From: Candidatus Cloacimonadota bacterium
Lineage (GTDB): Bacteria > Cloacimonadota > Cloacimonadia > JGIOTU-2
Direction of reading: 5' to 3'
NCBI GenBank assembly: GCA_049903315.1
Contig: JBNGBT010000002.1
Coordinates: forward strand, 1-64,000
DNA: 64,000 nucleotides
Positions within the stretch are counted from its first letter, which is position 1, and each line of letters opens with the position of its first letter. Below the pieces are notes generated by a model that saw only the letters and a program-made list of their open reading frames with translations, was not told the origin of the DNA and made no database searches. Shown one piece after another: positions 22,439 to 32,854 of the stretch. The translations under genes were made by a program, and so were the position numbers.

Positions 22439-24160
22439 TTATTTTGATGGAACCTGGAATATCATATCTTCATTCTGATATCCTGGAAGGTCGAGGTACC
22501 AATCCTCTTTTTGAGTTCCATCACTTTGAACCCATTGGACAAAATAGTTGAATGCATCTGAGATTTGTATCATCTCGATAGGGTAGTTACAACCTTCTGC
22601 AATTAAAATAGCCCATGGCAGATAATCCTCAGTTCGGAAGTAAATGCCCATGCCAGGATCTGTTGCATCGTCACCTGTGTTAAAAAGCGCAGTATTCATT
22701 TCATAAGTATAGGGATAATCGGGAAGGTGAATCTCGTGACTGCGAACTCCATTCTGAAGAAGGAACGGATTGAACGGTGCAAGATTCCAGGGAACCACGA
22801 CTTTTGATTTATCTGATTCTTTCATAGGAATGGTAACAGTCCATGATACAGGTGTAACATAGGTGTACTCAGGCCAGGTGTTTATCCATTCAGAAGAACC
22901 GCTCACATTAAATACAGCTTTATGATTTTCAAAAAAGATCACTGTGCGGTTGTCTGTATCAACATATGCCATATCAAGTTCGTCATCAATAGTACCATTT
23001 ACTTCCCAGTAGTTTGGATATTGAATTGCAAATCCATTAGTGAGGAAACCAGCTCCTGCTGCACGAAGATTGAAGTTATTGATGACGTCAACGATTTCAT
23101 GACTGGCATTCGTTACTTCATTGACATTATAATCCATGACCAGGTCATTCATGTCATAATCACCTTTTTCAGGCCAGAGGTCTTCCCACATAAAGGTTCC
23201 ATATTGCCCTTCGGCTGGTGTATATTGATTAAAAGCTCTATCTGGATCATATGGGTAGTCATCCCAGTCATCTGTAACACCGTCACCATCACTGTCATTG
23301 CATGTGGGAGTATAATCGACATCAAAGGTGACCTGTCCAATTTTTTGACCACCTTTTGCTAATATTGTAATTTCAGTCATTGCAGCAGCATCAGCAGTAG
23401 GAATGATATAAATGAAATAGCTGTAAGCACCCTTCTTCGGACCTTCTCCAACAGCCTCAAATTTAATACTGTAATAGGGATTATTTGTGGGACTTTCAAT
23501 CGTATATTTGTAACCATTGGACCAATATGTGTCACCATTAACAGGTTGAGAGGGTACGACACCAGCAGGCAAACTTATCGCAACATGGCTTAATGCCCAT
23601 TTATTATAGTTTCTCACCTTAAATTTCACTGTGGTAGTACCATTGCAATTATCTTCTAACTCATAAAAATAAAATCCAAACCCCTCATCACTTTGAAGAA
23701 CATAGTCACACTTTGGGTCTCCTTTCACTTCATAGACTGGTGGTATACAGACAAAAGTATCAAGAATAGAAGCTGTTTTCTCATTCTCAATATTGAGCCA
23801 TAATTTTTGAAGGATTCCTCCGGATTTGAGGAATATTGATTCATAATAGGTTGGGAGAACTATTGTGCTATTGAAGGTTGCATTTTCGTCAGTTCTGATA
23901 GAAAGGACTCGTAAAGTTCCTCCGTCATCTGGATTATCTTTCCAGATTTCAAAGTGCCCATAAGGCATGAGGAATCCATATTGATCTATGGATGTAATGT
24001 TCAGTTCTACAGAACGGGTCGTATTAAATTGAAATTCAGGATCAGCAACAAGGTCATCCATATTTTTAGAATCGTCCTTGCTGGAATTGAATAAGTTGCA
24101 TCCTGCTAATGCAATCACTAAAACAAAAATAAAAAATCCGATTACATAGTACTTTTTCAT
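22439..24160 (-). CDS. LruC-domain lipoprotein with an inserted Ig-like domain and a DxDxD (TSP3-like) segment
   Basis: Lipobox LAGC; WEDLWPEKGDYDMNDLV, RSHEIHL, LPWA; DSDGDGVTDDWDDYP. Start set at ATG 24160, after a GGAGG RBS. Confidence 0.8.
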   Translation of the reverse strand: MKKYYVIGFFIFVLVIALAGCNLFNSSKDDSKNMDDLVADPEFQFNTTRSVELNITSIDQYGFLMPYGHFEIWKDNPDDGGTLRVLSIRTDENATFNSTIVLPTYYESIFLKSGGILQKLWLNIENEKTASILDTFVCIPPVYEVKGDPKCDYVLQSDEGFGFYFYELEDNCNGTTTVKFKVRNYNKWALSHVAISLPAGVVPSQPVNGDTYWSNGYKYTIESPTNNPYYSIKFEAVGEGPKKGAYSYFIYIIPTADAAAMTEITILAKGGQKIGQVTFDVDYTPTCNDSDGDGVTDDWDDYPYDPDRAFNQYTPAEGQYGTFMWEDLWPEKGDYDMNDLVMDYNVNEVTNASHEIVDVINNFNLRAAGAGFLTNGFAIQYPNYWEVNGTIDDELDMAYVDTDNRTVIFFENHKAVFNVSGSSEWINTWPEYTYVTPVSWTVTIPMKESDKSKVVVPWNLAPFNPFLLQNGVRSHEIHLPDYPYTYEMNTALFNTGDDATDPGMGIYFRTEDYLPWAILIAEGCNYPIEMIQISDAFNYFVQWVQSDGTQKEDWYLDLPGYQNEDMIFQVPSK

Positions 24161-24377
24161 GAGTACCTCCACTTGATGGAATAAAATAAAATATAATAAA
24201 AAATGTCAATATTTGCAATAATTATATATTTTATTAAAATATGATTACGCAAGATCGACTTGAATAAAGAAGTTACGATGAGTTTTTCTGTTACTTTGAT
24301 GATAAAACTTTACAAGTATTCTTAGTGTAAGAAATTATATTTAATAAATTAATTTTTTTAAGGGAGATAAAATAATA

Positions 24378-26987
24378 ATGAAGAAGCAAGTGATATTCAC
24401 TATTGCATTAGTGTTTTTTATAAGTATTTTCTCGTTTGTATATGGGAACAACATTTTATGTAAGGCTCTCACAAATGGGATGCAGATTGCAGTGAAGGAG
24501 AATCATAATAATAATTCGATTGGTTTTTATTGTTTTGTAAAGACCGGTTCTGTAAATGAAGGAGAATATCTGGGAGCGGGAATCTCTCATTATCTGGAGC
24601 ATGTAGTAGCAGGGGGATCAACCACCTTCCACTCAGAAGCTGAATATGAAGCAATGGCACAGGAGATGGGAGCGATAGTAAATGCTTATACCACGAGCGA
24701 TGCAACCGCTTTTCATATAACAGTCGATAAGGAATATGCGGATCAGGCATTGGAAATATTATTTCAGCAAATGCATGCATGTGCATTTGATTCTACAGAA
24801 GTTGCTCGTGAAAAGCAGGTCATCCTCAAAGAGATCGTAATGCGCTCAACACCTCCGCGATCAAAAGTGTATCAGAGAAATAATGAGCTTGTTTTTCCAA
24901 CTTCAAATAGAAAGTACCCGGTCATTGGTTATACGGAATTATATAAAACCATTACTAGAGAAGAACTCGCAGATTATTATCATAAACGATATGTACCTAA
25001 TAATATGATTTTTGTTGTCACTGGTGATTTTGATGCTGAAGTGATGCTCAAGAAAGTTGAAGAAAGATTCAACGGTCTTGTGAGAGGACAACTTGATCCG
25101 GTCTATCTTCCACCTCAGAATCCGCGAAGTGGTACAATTGAATACATGGAAGAATTCCAGATTCAGCAGCCCACAGTGATGATTACAAAAATACTTCCTG
25201 CTGCAGATTTTGAGCAATATCCCAAATTAATTGCTGCGTTAGATATCCTTTTTGGCAAAAGGCAGTCTCCAATAAAATATAAATTAGTCGAAGAACTTCA
25301 ATTAGTGAACTATATTTATGCGCGCGTGAATGTTTCAATGCAGATGCCTGAGGGAACGATTTCCATTGGGTTTGAAGCAAAAGATCCTTCAAGGGTCAAA
25401 GAAATCGTCTCTATCATTGATGAGGAAATCGAATGGTACAGCATGGTTGGAATTGAAGATGAAGATATTAAAAATCTTATCACAAGATATAAAGCAAATC
25501 TGCTTTTGAGTACTCCTGGGGTAGATCGGGATTGTAATAGCATTGGCTGGAATCTTATGATGTTTGGAGTGCCTGAATCTGATGAGTTATTTATTAATGC
25601 ATTTGAACAGATCACTGCGAAGGATGTGATGAACAGCATCAAGGAATACCTCGTTCCCAAAAATCGTGTTATTTTCTATGCTTTGCCCGAAGGTTCCAAG
25701 CAGCTACTCCAGCAGAAAGATGAACTCCTCGCAGAAACAATTCAACCACAAAAAGTGCAAATTTCTGACAAACTCACTCTTATTTATAAGAAGACTACGG
25801 AAAAACCGATAATTAGTGGAGTGGTGTATCTTCCTATAAGTGATGATTATGAAACAGTTGAAACAGTTGGCACTATTTCTTTTATGGCAAACCTCATGTT
25901 CAAGGGTTCAAAGAAATTCGATTCGCTTGATCTTACCGAGTGGAAGGAAGATCATGCAATTGATCTGGATATTTCAATTAATAATGATGGAACATATATT
26001 GATTTTAAATGTCTGAAAGATGATTTTCCCAAACTTCAGGAGATTATTATTGATGCGTGTAATAATCCGACTTTTCCCGAAAATGAGATCATGCTTGCAA
26101 AAGAAAGAGCAAATGCCCGATACCAGAGATCTTTGAGTAATGCTTCTTCTATTCATAATGAATTCCGTAGTGAAAAACTCTATTCTGGGCAACCTGCAGG
26201 TGTTTCAGATTTAAAAAAGCTTGAGATCATTCAATCGCTCGATCAGCAAGACATAAAAAATATTCATAACAAATATTTCATGGCATCAAATGCAATTATT
26301 ACCTTCTTTGGCGATCTTACTCTTAATGAAGCCGAAGCATATGCAAAGGGATTTTACGATAACCTTCCCAAAGGAAAGATTTCCGGGAAAGAATATCATC
26401 TTATTGTTCCGGACATACAAGAAACATTTATACAAGAGTATGATTTTGAACCGGTCAATATTGATCTCAACTGTATTGCTCCGCCACGGGATAATGATAA
26501 TATCGACTATTGGACAATGAAAGTGGTCATGGCGATATTGAATGGCTCACGTGGTAGGATCCATAAAGCAGTGCGCGGCACAAATGATCTTGCTTATTAT
26601 GGATATGCGCAATATAATAGTGGAGAGGATTATGGTTTCTTCCGCCTTACCAGCCAGACTTCTGGTGATAAAAAGGATGAATTGGTCGCAGTTCTGCAGG
26701 ATCAAATTGATAAACTGAAGAATGAAACAGTCACACTTGAAGAGATCCAATCTTCAGTTGATGATTATTCCAAAATGATCATTACGAGTATTGATGATAA
26801 TCAATTGCCCTACTATATGACACAATATGAAGCTATCGGACTTGGCTATAATTATCTCGAAAAGATGAAGTCCTATTTCGACAAAGTCACTGCAGAAGAC
26901 ATACAAAGAGTAGCCAATGAATATTTTACAAAAGTAGCGGTCTTTATATCTCAGCCAAATGCAGAAGTTAAACTGATGGTGCAATAA
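24378..26987 (+). CDS. M16 (insulinase/pitrilysin) family zinc peptidase, exported
   Basis: Inverted zinc motif HYLEH, NAYT, ERxxxxxE-like REKQVILKE; duplicated N- and C-terminal halves. Confidence 0.9.
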   Translation: MKKQVIFTIALVFFISIFSFVYGNNILCKALTNGMQIAVKENHNNNSIGFYCFVKTGSVNEGEYLGAGISHYLEHVVAGGSTTFHSEAEYEAMAQEMGAIVNAYTTSDATAFHITVDKEYADQALEILFQQMHACAFDSTEVAREKQVILKEIVMRSTPPRSKVYQRNNELVFPTSNRKYPVIGYTELYKTITREELADYYHKRYVPNNMIFVVTGDFDAEVMLKKVEERFNGLVRGQLDPVYLPPQNPRSGTIEYMEEFQIQQPTVMITKILPAADFEQYPKLIAALDILFGKRQSPIKYKLVEELQLVNYIYARVNVSMQMPEGTISIGFEAKDPSRVKEIVSIIDEEIEWYSMVGIEDEDIKNLITRYKANLLLSTPGVDRDCNSIGWNLMMFGVPESDELFINAFEQITAKDVMNSIKEYLVPKNRVIFYALPEGSKQLLQQKDELLAETIQPQKVQISDKLTLIYKKTTEKPIISGVVYLPISDDYETVETVGTISFMANLMFKGSKKFDSLDLTEWKEDHAIDLDISINNDGTYIDFKCLKDDFPKLQEIIIDACNNPTFPENEIMLAKERANARYQRSLSNASSIHNEFRSEKLYSGQPAGVSDLKKLEIIQSLDQQDIKNIHNKYFMASNAIITFFGDLTLNEAEAYAKGFYDNLPKGKISGKEYHLIVPDIQETFIQEYDFEPVNIDLNCIAPPRDNDNIDYWTMKVVMAILNGSRGRIHKAVRGTNDLAYYGYAQYNSGEDYGFFRLTSQTSGDKKDELVAVLQDQIDKLKNETVTLEEIQSSVDDYSKMIITSIDDNQLPYYMTQYEAIGLGYNYLEKMKSYFDKVTAEDIQRVANEYFTKVAVFISQPNAEVKLMVQ

Positions 26988-27051
26988 CAGTAATAAGATC
27001 GGGTAGTACAAACCGATTATATCAAAATAAAAATTTAAAGCACAAGTTAGG

Positions 27052-28218
27052 ATGCTTGAAGCTATGAAATATAAGAATACTCTATTACTGCTAGTTATAA
27101 TAGTACTTGTGATTATCCTTGGTATTGTAGCATTGATTCAATTTTCACCCAAAGTGCATTCTGTTATTCCGCATAGCAATGGAGACCACCCGTGGAAGAT
27201 CGGATATTATGAAGGGGGATCATTTATTGATTATACTCTCAGTCTTCGGGGATTAGTAAAAGGATTAAGTGATCTTGGATGGATTGATCCTATCACTATC
27301 CCGGAATTTCTAGACAAAGACGACGCACACCCCATCTGGGAATTTCTTGCTCAAAACGTAAAAAGCAACTACATTGCTTTTTCCAGAGACGCATTCTGGA
27401 CAGCAGGCTGGGAAGATTCAGTTCGTACAAGTAACCGAAAAAATGCAATAGAATATCTCAACAATAATTCAATTGACCTTGTGATTGCAGCTGGAACATG
27501 GGCTGGGCAGGATCTGGTGAACAACGAGCATTCAACTGCTACGATGGTGATTACTTCCAGCGATCCGCTACGTGCAGGTATTATTAAATCTACTGATGAT
27601 TCCGGTTATGATCATATCCTTGTAGAATATGACCCAAATCGTTATAGAAAACAGATTGAGCTTTTTCATGATATTATAGGATTTGAGCGTCTTGGAGTTA
27701 TATTCGAGGATTCTGAAGATGGGAGGATATATGCGAATTATGCAGACTTGGACAAAGTATCCAAAAAGAGAAATTTCAAACTAATTATCTGCTATACCGA
27801 TGAGGGTAAAACAGAGCTGGAATCATTTGAGAGAGCAAAAAGAAGCTATCAGATACTCGCACCAATTGTTGATGCTATGTGGGTTGGGCTCCATCAAGGT
27901 GAGGCAGTAGAATTTTTACCTGAGTTGCTCAAACCAATGTATGAATTTAATGTTCCCACATGGTGCGTACTTGGCGAACCAGCCGTAGAAAAAGGTGTGT
28001 TGCTCAGCATTACCCATCAGAACTTTGATGAAATCGGGCGATGGTACGCGGAGAACATTGCAAAGATTCTCAATGGAGCAAAACCCCGCGAACTCTCTCA
28101 AATTTTTAAAGAAGAAAACCATATTCTTGTAAATACAGAAGCAGCAAGAAGAATCAAATATGAAATTCCTGAAACAATCCTGAAAATTGCTGATAAAATA
28201 TATGAAAAGATCGAGTAA
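27052..28218 (+). CDS. ABC-type substrate-binding-like periplasmic protein
   Basis: N-terminal anchor; DLVIAAGTWAG, SDPLRAGII, IAKILNGAKPREL...VNTEAARRI. Confidence 0.75.
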   Translation: MLEAMKYKNTLLLLVIIVLVIILGIVALIQFSPKVHSVIPHSNGDHPWKIGYYEGGSFIDYTLSLRGLVKGLSDLGWIDPITIPEFLDKDDAHPIWEFLAQNVKSNYIAFSRDAFWTAGWEDSVRTSNRKNAIEYLNNNSIDLVIAAGTWAGQDLVNNEHSTATMVITSSDPLRAGIIKSTDDSGYDHILVEYDPNRYRKQIELFHDIIGFERLGVIFEDSEDGRIYANYADLDKVSKKRNFKLIICYTDEGKTELESFERAKRSYQILAPIVDAMWVGLHQGEAVEFLPELLKPMYEFNVPTWCVLGEPAVEKGVLLSITHQNFDEIGRWYAENIAKILNGAKPRELSQIFKEENHILVNTEAARRIKYEIPETILKIADKIYEKIE

Positions 28219-28222
28219 CAGT

Positions 28223-30031
28223 ATGAAAAAAAACTTATGGAGCTCCATTAAAATAATTATTATTGCAATTCTTTTTGGTCTCGTATTCTGGATCATTGAT
28301 TCTATTATTCATTATTTCGAATTCTCAACCCATCTGCGTATGATGATTGTAGAAAAACCCGGCAATTTTTTTGATTCGCTCATTCTCAATGTATATCCTC
28401 ATCAATTATTCGTGCGTTTTGCGTTTCTTATTTGTTGTCTTATTGGGGGATTCATTGTAATAGTCTTTATTACTAGGCAAAGAGTAATTGAAAAGGACCT
28501 TATCGAGAGTGAGGAGCAATATAGGAATGTGACTGAAAGAGCGAATGATGCTATCAGTATTATATCTGATGGTAAGATAAGATATGTGAATCCACGCTTT
28601 TGCGAGATATCCGGTTATTCTACAAGAGAATTGATCGGAGCTTCTATTACAAAAATACTTAAAGAATCAGAGATCCCCAAAGTAGTTGATCATTATGAAA
28701 AACGAATGAATAATGAGAATGTTGAATCTGTGTATGAAATCATAATACTTCATAAGAACGGAGCAGAGATATTTATAGAAATCAATGCTGGTATTATCAC
28801 ATGGAAGAATTCCAAAGCTGATCTCATTATTGCAAGGGATATTACCTTCCGAAAAATAGCTGAAAAAGCACTACAAGAAAACGAAGAGAAGTATCGAACC
28901 CTAATTAATAATATCAATACAGGATTATATAGAAATTCAGTGGAATTGAATGGTACATTTATCGAGGTAAATCCGGCTTTTGTAAAAATGTTTGGTTACG
29001 ACAGCAGAGAAGAAATGCTGCAACTCAAAGCTGTTCAGCTTTATGCAAATACAAAAGACAAAGAAGATTTCAATCGTGAATTGATGGAGAAAGGATTTGT
29101 TACAAATCGGGAAATGCTCTTGCAAAGAAAGGATAAGAAAACCTTCTGGGCAAAGGTTACGGTAATGCTCATAAGAGATGAAAATGGTAATCCCAAATAT
29201 TATGATGGTCTTGTGGAAGATATCACAGAAAGAAAACAAGCGGAAGAACAACTGAAAAAAACAAATATTGAATTAAGGCAACTGAAAGAAAATTTGGAAA
29301 TCAAAGTGAAGGATACAATAAAAGAGATCAGAGATAAAGACCACCTCCTTATAAAACAGTCACGCCATGCCTCAATGGGAGAGATGATCGGTAATATTGC
29401 ACACCAGTGGCGTCAACCTCTCACTGCGATCGCAGTCCTGGTGCAAGATATTGAAGAAGCATACAATTATGACGAATTGACTTCTGAATACTTAAAAGAA
29501 TCTATCAAGAAAACAATGGAACAACTAAAATATATGTCCCATACGATCGACGATTTCCGAAATTTCTTCAAGCCCAATAAAACGAAGGAAGATTTTTCTG
29601 CGAATATAGTGGTCATGAAAACAGTGGAATTTATCCGTAAAAGTTTTGAGCACAATCAAATAGAACTGAAGATAGACCTGAAGCAGGAATGCAAGATATC
29701 CGGTTTTGCGAATGAATATTCACAGGTCATACTGAATATTCTTAACAATGCCAAAGATGCAATAGTAGAGACGAAAACGAAAAATGCGTTTGTTGAGATC
29801 CTTCTGGAAAAAAAGAATGAAAAAACAATCTTAAAGATCACTAATAATGCAGGATCCATTCCTGAAGAAATTCTAGAGAATATTTTTGATCCCTACTTTA
29901 CGACAAAACAACAGAGAAAGGGAACCGGGCTCGGTCTTTATATGGCAAAAACCATTATTGAGCAAAATATGGGGGGAAAAATTTCAATCAATAATTTGAA
30001 AGATGGAGTCTCATTTATTATTGAAGTGTAG
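28223..30031 (+). CDS. Membrane PAS-PAS sensor histidine kinase
   Basis: Two transmembrane helices, two PAS/PAC domains, H-box IAHQWRQPL, NILNNAKDA, FDPYFTTK, GTGLGL. Start probably the ATG at 28223. Confidence 0.9.
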   Translation: MKKNLWSSIKIIIIAILFGLVFWIIDSIIHYFEFSTHLRMMIVEKPGNFFDSLILNVYPHQLFVRFAFLICCLIGGFIVIVFITRQRVIEKDLIESEEQYRNVTERANDAISIISDGKIRYVNPRFCEISGYSTRELIGASITKILKESEIPKVVDHYEKRMNNENVESVYEIIILHKNGAEIFIEINAGIITWKNSKADLIIARDITFRKIAEKALQENEEKYRTLINNINTGLYRNSVELNGTFIEVNPAFVKMFGYDSREEMLQLKAVQLYANTKDKEDFNRELMEKGFVTNREMLLQRKDKKTFWAKVTVMLIRDENGNPKYYDGLVEDITERKQAEEQLKKTNIELRQLKENLEIKVKDTIKEIRDKDHLLIKQSRHASMGEMIGNIAHQWRQPLTAIAVLVQDIEEAYNYDELTSEYLKESIKKTMEQLKYMSHTIDDFRNFFKPNKTKEDFSANIVVMKTVEFIRKSFEHNQIELKIDLKQECKISGFANEYSQVILNILNNAKDAIVETKTKNAFVEILLEKKNEKTILKITNNAGSIPEEILENIFDPYFTTKQQRKGTGLGLYMAKTIIEQNMGGKISINNLKDGVSFIIEV

Positions 30032-30274
30032 TACGAGCTGAATGTCTTATTATTGTTCCAATGGACATTCTTATCATAAGTCGTTCCATAAAGTTGCTTA
30101 ATAAATTATACAAACTGCGGAATTAATTCAGCATTTCATCCTTTTATATGCTTGCTTCAAGATTTTGCAAAGTAAATATGAAAATTCTTTATTTTTTTAT
30201 AACTCCCATCTATCGAATACGTTGTGAAAAGAGATTGTCGCTTATTGTAATTAATTTTAACAATCATTGTATTT

Positions 30275-30291
30275 TTGGCACAAAAAGTGCA
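30275..30291 (+). promoter_or_regulatory. Candidate sigma-54 (-24/-12) promoter
   Basis: TTGGCAC-AAAAA-GTGCA with exact GG-N10-GC spacing, in the 480-bp intergenic region. Confidence 0.4.
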
Positions 30292-30514
30292 TTATAAAAA
30301 TGTAATATGAAAGATAATAATTATATCACGCTATTAGTTTTTCTTGTATTTATATTATTATATGTAAAAATGAAAAATGAGAATGAATTGATTGACAAAA
30401 TATTGGTATTATCTTTCTGCAAAACAAAGTTTAGTCGAAACAGGATTAGGACCTAGATATGTTAAAAATGATTATCCAGAATGTCTGCTGGATTATTAGA
30501 CGTACAGAATACTC

Positions 30515-32734
30515 GTGAAGGAGAAACTTTTACTGGTGAAAGAAAAACTTACTAAAGAAACTCCCAAATATGTCCTGCCCTTATCAGTCATGTATGTGGA
30601 AGATGAAGTACTCATTCTACGTTCGATCACGACAATGATGGAGCGTAAGATCAAGGATGTATACATCGCTCAAAATGGAGAAGCCGGACTGGAAATATTC
30701 AAGAAGCATAGACCTCAAATCGTTGTAACAGATATAAAAATGCCCATCATGGATGGCTTGGAGATGATCGAGAAGATCAAGGAAATCGATCCAACAACAA
30801 AATTCATCGTTGTATCTGCGTATGGAGAAACGAACTACTTTATCCGCGCTATAGAGCTTTCTGTGCATGGTTTTATACTCAAACCGGTCGATGTGAATCA
30901 GCTTATGGAAGTGATCATGGAGCTGAGCAACGGTATTTTACTTCAACAGGAAATTATAACAAAGGAAGAAGAAAGAAAAACAGCCGAAAGCGCTCGTCTT
31001 ACTCTGGAGAAGCAATATACTGAACTTCATGAAAATATGCGCGACGGTTCTCTGCGAACGGATCTGAAAGGTAAAATACAGAATACTAATATTGCATTTC
31101 AAAAGATTTTGGGTTATTCTCAGGAGGAACTCACCGGTAAAACTACCCATGACATTACACCAAAAGAATGGCATAGCATCGAAACAGATATTATCGAAAA
31201 CCAGGTTAAAGCCAGAGGATATTCCGAACTTTATGAAAAGGAATATATACATCGTGATGGAAGAATTATCCCAATTGAATGCCGTACTTATCTCCAAAGA
31301 GATGAAAATAATGAGATGGTTGGTTACTGGGGTATTGTGCGGGATATTACAAGCAGAAAGCAATCAGAAGAAGCACTTAAAAAAAGTGAAGAACAATTCC
31401 GTGATCTATTTGAAAATGCAAATGATGTAATATGGATATCTGATCTTGAGGGAAAATATGTCTTGGTGAACAGACTGTTTGAGGATCTGCTTGGATATTC
31501 AAAAGAGGAACTTGATGGAAAACAGTCGATTTTTACTATAAATAAAGAAGATAGAGCACAATCAATAAAGTATTATCAGCGTTCTATAAATGGTGAGTCA
31601 GTCGAATTTGAAACAGCTGTAATTCGTAAGGATGGTTCGAAGCGAATATTCTGGCTCAAGATGCGTCCAATATATGAGAATGGTAAAGTAGCATATATCC
31701 AGGGTATGGGACGTGATATCACGGTCAGGAAAAAAGCAGAGGAAGCCCTTGAAGAACAGAAGGTATATTTCGAACGGCTTTTTGAGAGCTCACCCGAAGC
31801 AGTTGTTATTGCTCAAAATGATGGGAAAATTTTACAGATCAACAGCACATTCTCGAAAATGTTTGGTTTTACGAAAGAAGAAGCCATAGGAGTCTTTCTT
31901 GATGATCTTATATCATCTGATGAATTACTGAGTGAAGCTCAGGAACTTACCAATCAGGTTGCTGAAGGCAAAGATATCGAATTAGAAGCGAAGCGAATAA
32001 TGAAAAATGGCAAATTGCTGGATGTTTCCATTTTGGGGAGACCAATCATCATCGACGGAAAACAGGTTGCTGTCTATGGAATCTATCGAGACATTACGGA
32101 AAGAAAACAGTCAGAGAATGAGTTGAAAGAAAGTTATCAGAGACTGCAAAAACTTATACAGGATACGGTAAATGTTCTCGCAAACGTCGTTGAATTGCGA
32201 GATCCCTACACAGCTGGACATCAGCATAATGTGGCTCAACTTGGTGTTGCCATTGCTGAAGAGATCGGTTGTACTGAAGATATGATCGAGGGAATTCGCA
32301 TAGGCGGCACTATGCATGATATTGGTAAGATTAAGGTGCCGATCAGGATATTGAATAAATCGGAAATGCTCACGGATAATGAGTGGGAGCAGATCAAAAA
32401 TCATCCAGTTGTAGGTTTTGAATTGTTAAAAGATCTGGATTTTCCATGGCAGGTAGCAAAAATGGTACAGCAGCATCATGAGCGATTTAATGGGACCGGG
32501 TATCCAAACGGGCTGAAAAATGATGAAATCTTACAAGAAGCACGCATTCTTGCAGTAGCGGACGTCATTGAAGCAATGGCAAATGACAGACCCTATCGCC
32601 AGAGTCTTGGATTGGAGATAGCTCTTGAGGAAATCGAGGACAATAAGGGCATTCTCTATGATCCTGAAGTTGTTGAAAGTGCGGTGAAAATTCTTAAGGA
32701 GGGCTCGTTTGAATTTATCAAAAAACATACCTAA
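30515..32734 (+). CDS. REC-PAS-PAS-PAS-HD-GYP response regulator / cyclic-dinucleotide phosphodiesterase
   Basis: VED...TDIKMPIMDG receiver; three PAS/PAC domains; RDPYTAGH, HDIGK, HHERxxGxGYP. Confidence 0.92.
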   Translation: MKEKLLLVKEKLTKETPKYVLPLSVMYVEDEVLILRSITTMMERKIKDVYIAQNGEAGLEIFKKHRPQIVVTDIKMPIMDGLEMIEKIKEIDPTTKFIVVSAYGETNYFIRAIELSVHGFILKPVDVNQLMEVIMELSNGILLQQEIITKEEERKTAESARLTLEKQYTELHENMRDGSLRTDLKGKIQNTNIAFQKILGYSQEELTGKTTHDITPKEWHSIETDIIENQVKARGYSELYEKEYIHRDGRIIPIECRTYLQRDENNEMVGYWGIVRDITSRKQSEEALKKSEEQFRDLFENANDVIWISDLEGKYVLVNRLFEDLLGYSKEELDGKQSIFTINKEDRAQSIKYYQRSINGESVEFETAVIRKDGSKRIFWLKMRPIYENGKVAYIQGMGRDITVRKKAEEALEEQKVYFERLFESSPEAVVIAQNDGKILQINSTFSKMFGFTKEEAIGVFLDDLISSDELLSEAQELTNQVAEGKDIELEAKRIMKNGKLLDVSILGRPIIIDGKQVAVYGIYRDITERKQSENELKESYQRLQKLIQDTVNVLANVVELRDPYTAGHQHNVAQLGVAIAEEIGCTEDMIEGIRIGGTMHDIGKIKVPIRILNKSEMLTDNEWEQIKNHPVVGFELLKDLDFPWQVAKMVQQHHERFNGTGYPNGLKNDEILQEARILAVADVIEAMANDRPYRQSLGLEIALEEIEDNKGILYDPEVVESAVKILKEGSFEFIKKHT

Positions 32735-32854
32735 GAACGAGAAAAAATCTCCTGAAATTAATACTTAAATTACTCTCAGCAAATTTGACAAACATTTACA
32801 TTCAAGAAAATTTGATTAATATATAATTCAAAAATACATACGCAGGGAGCCCGT

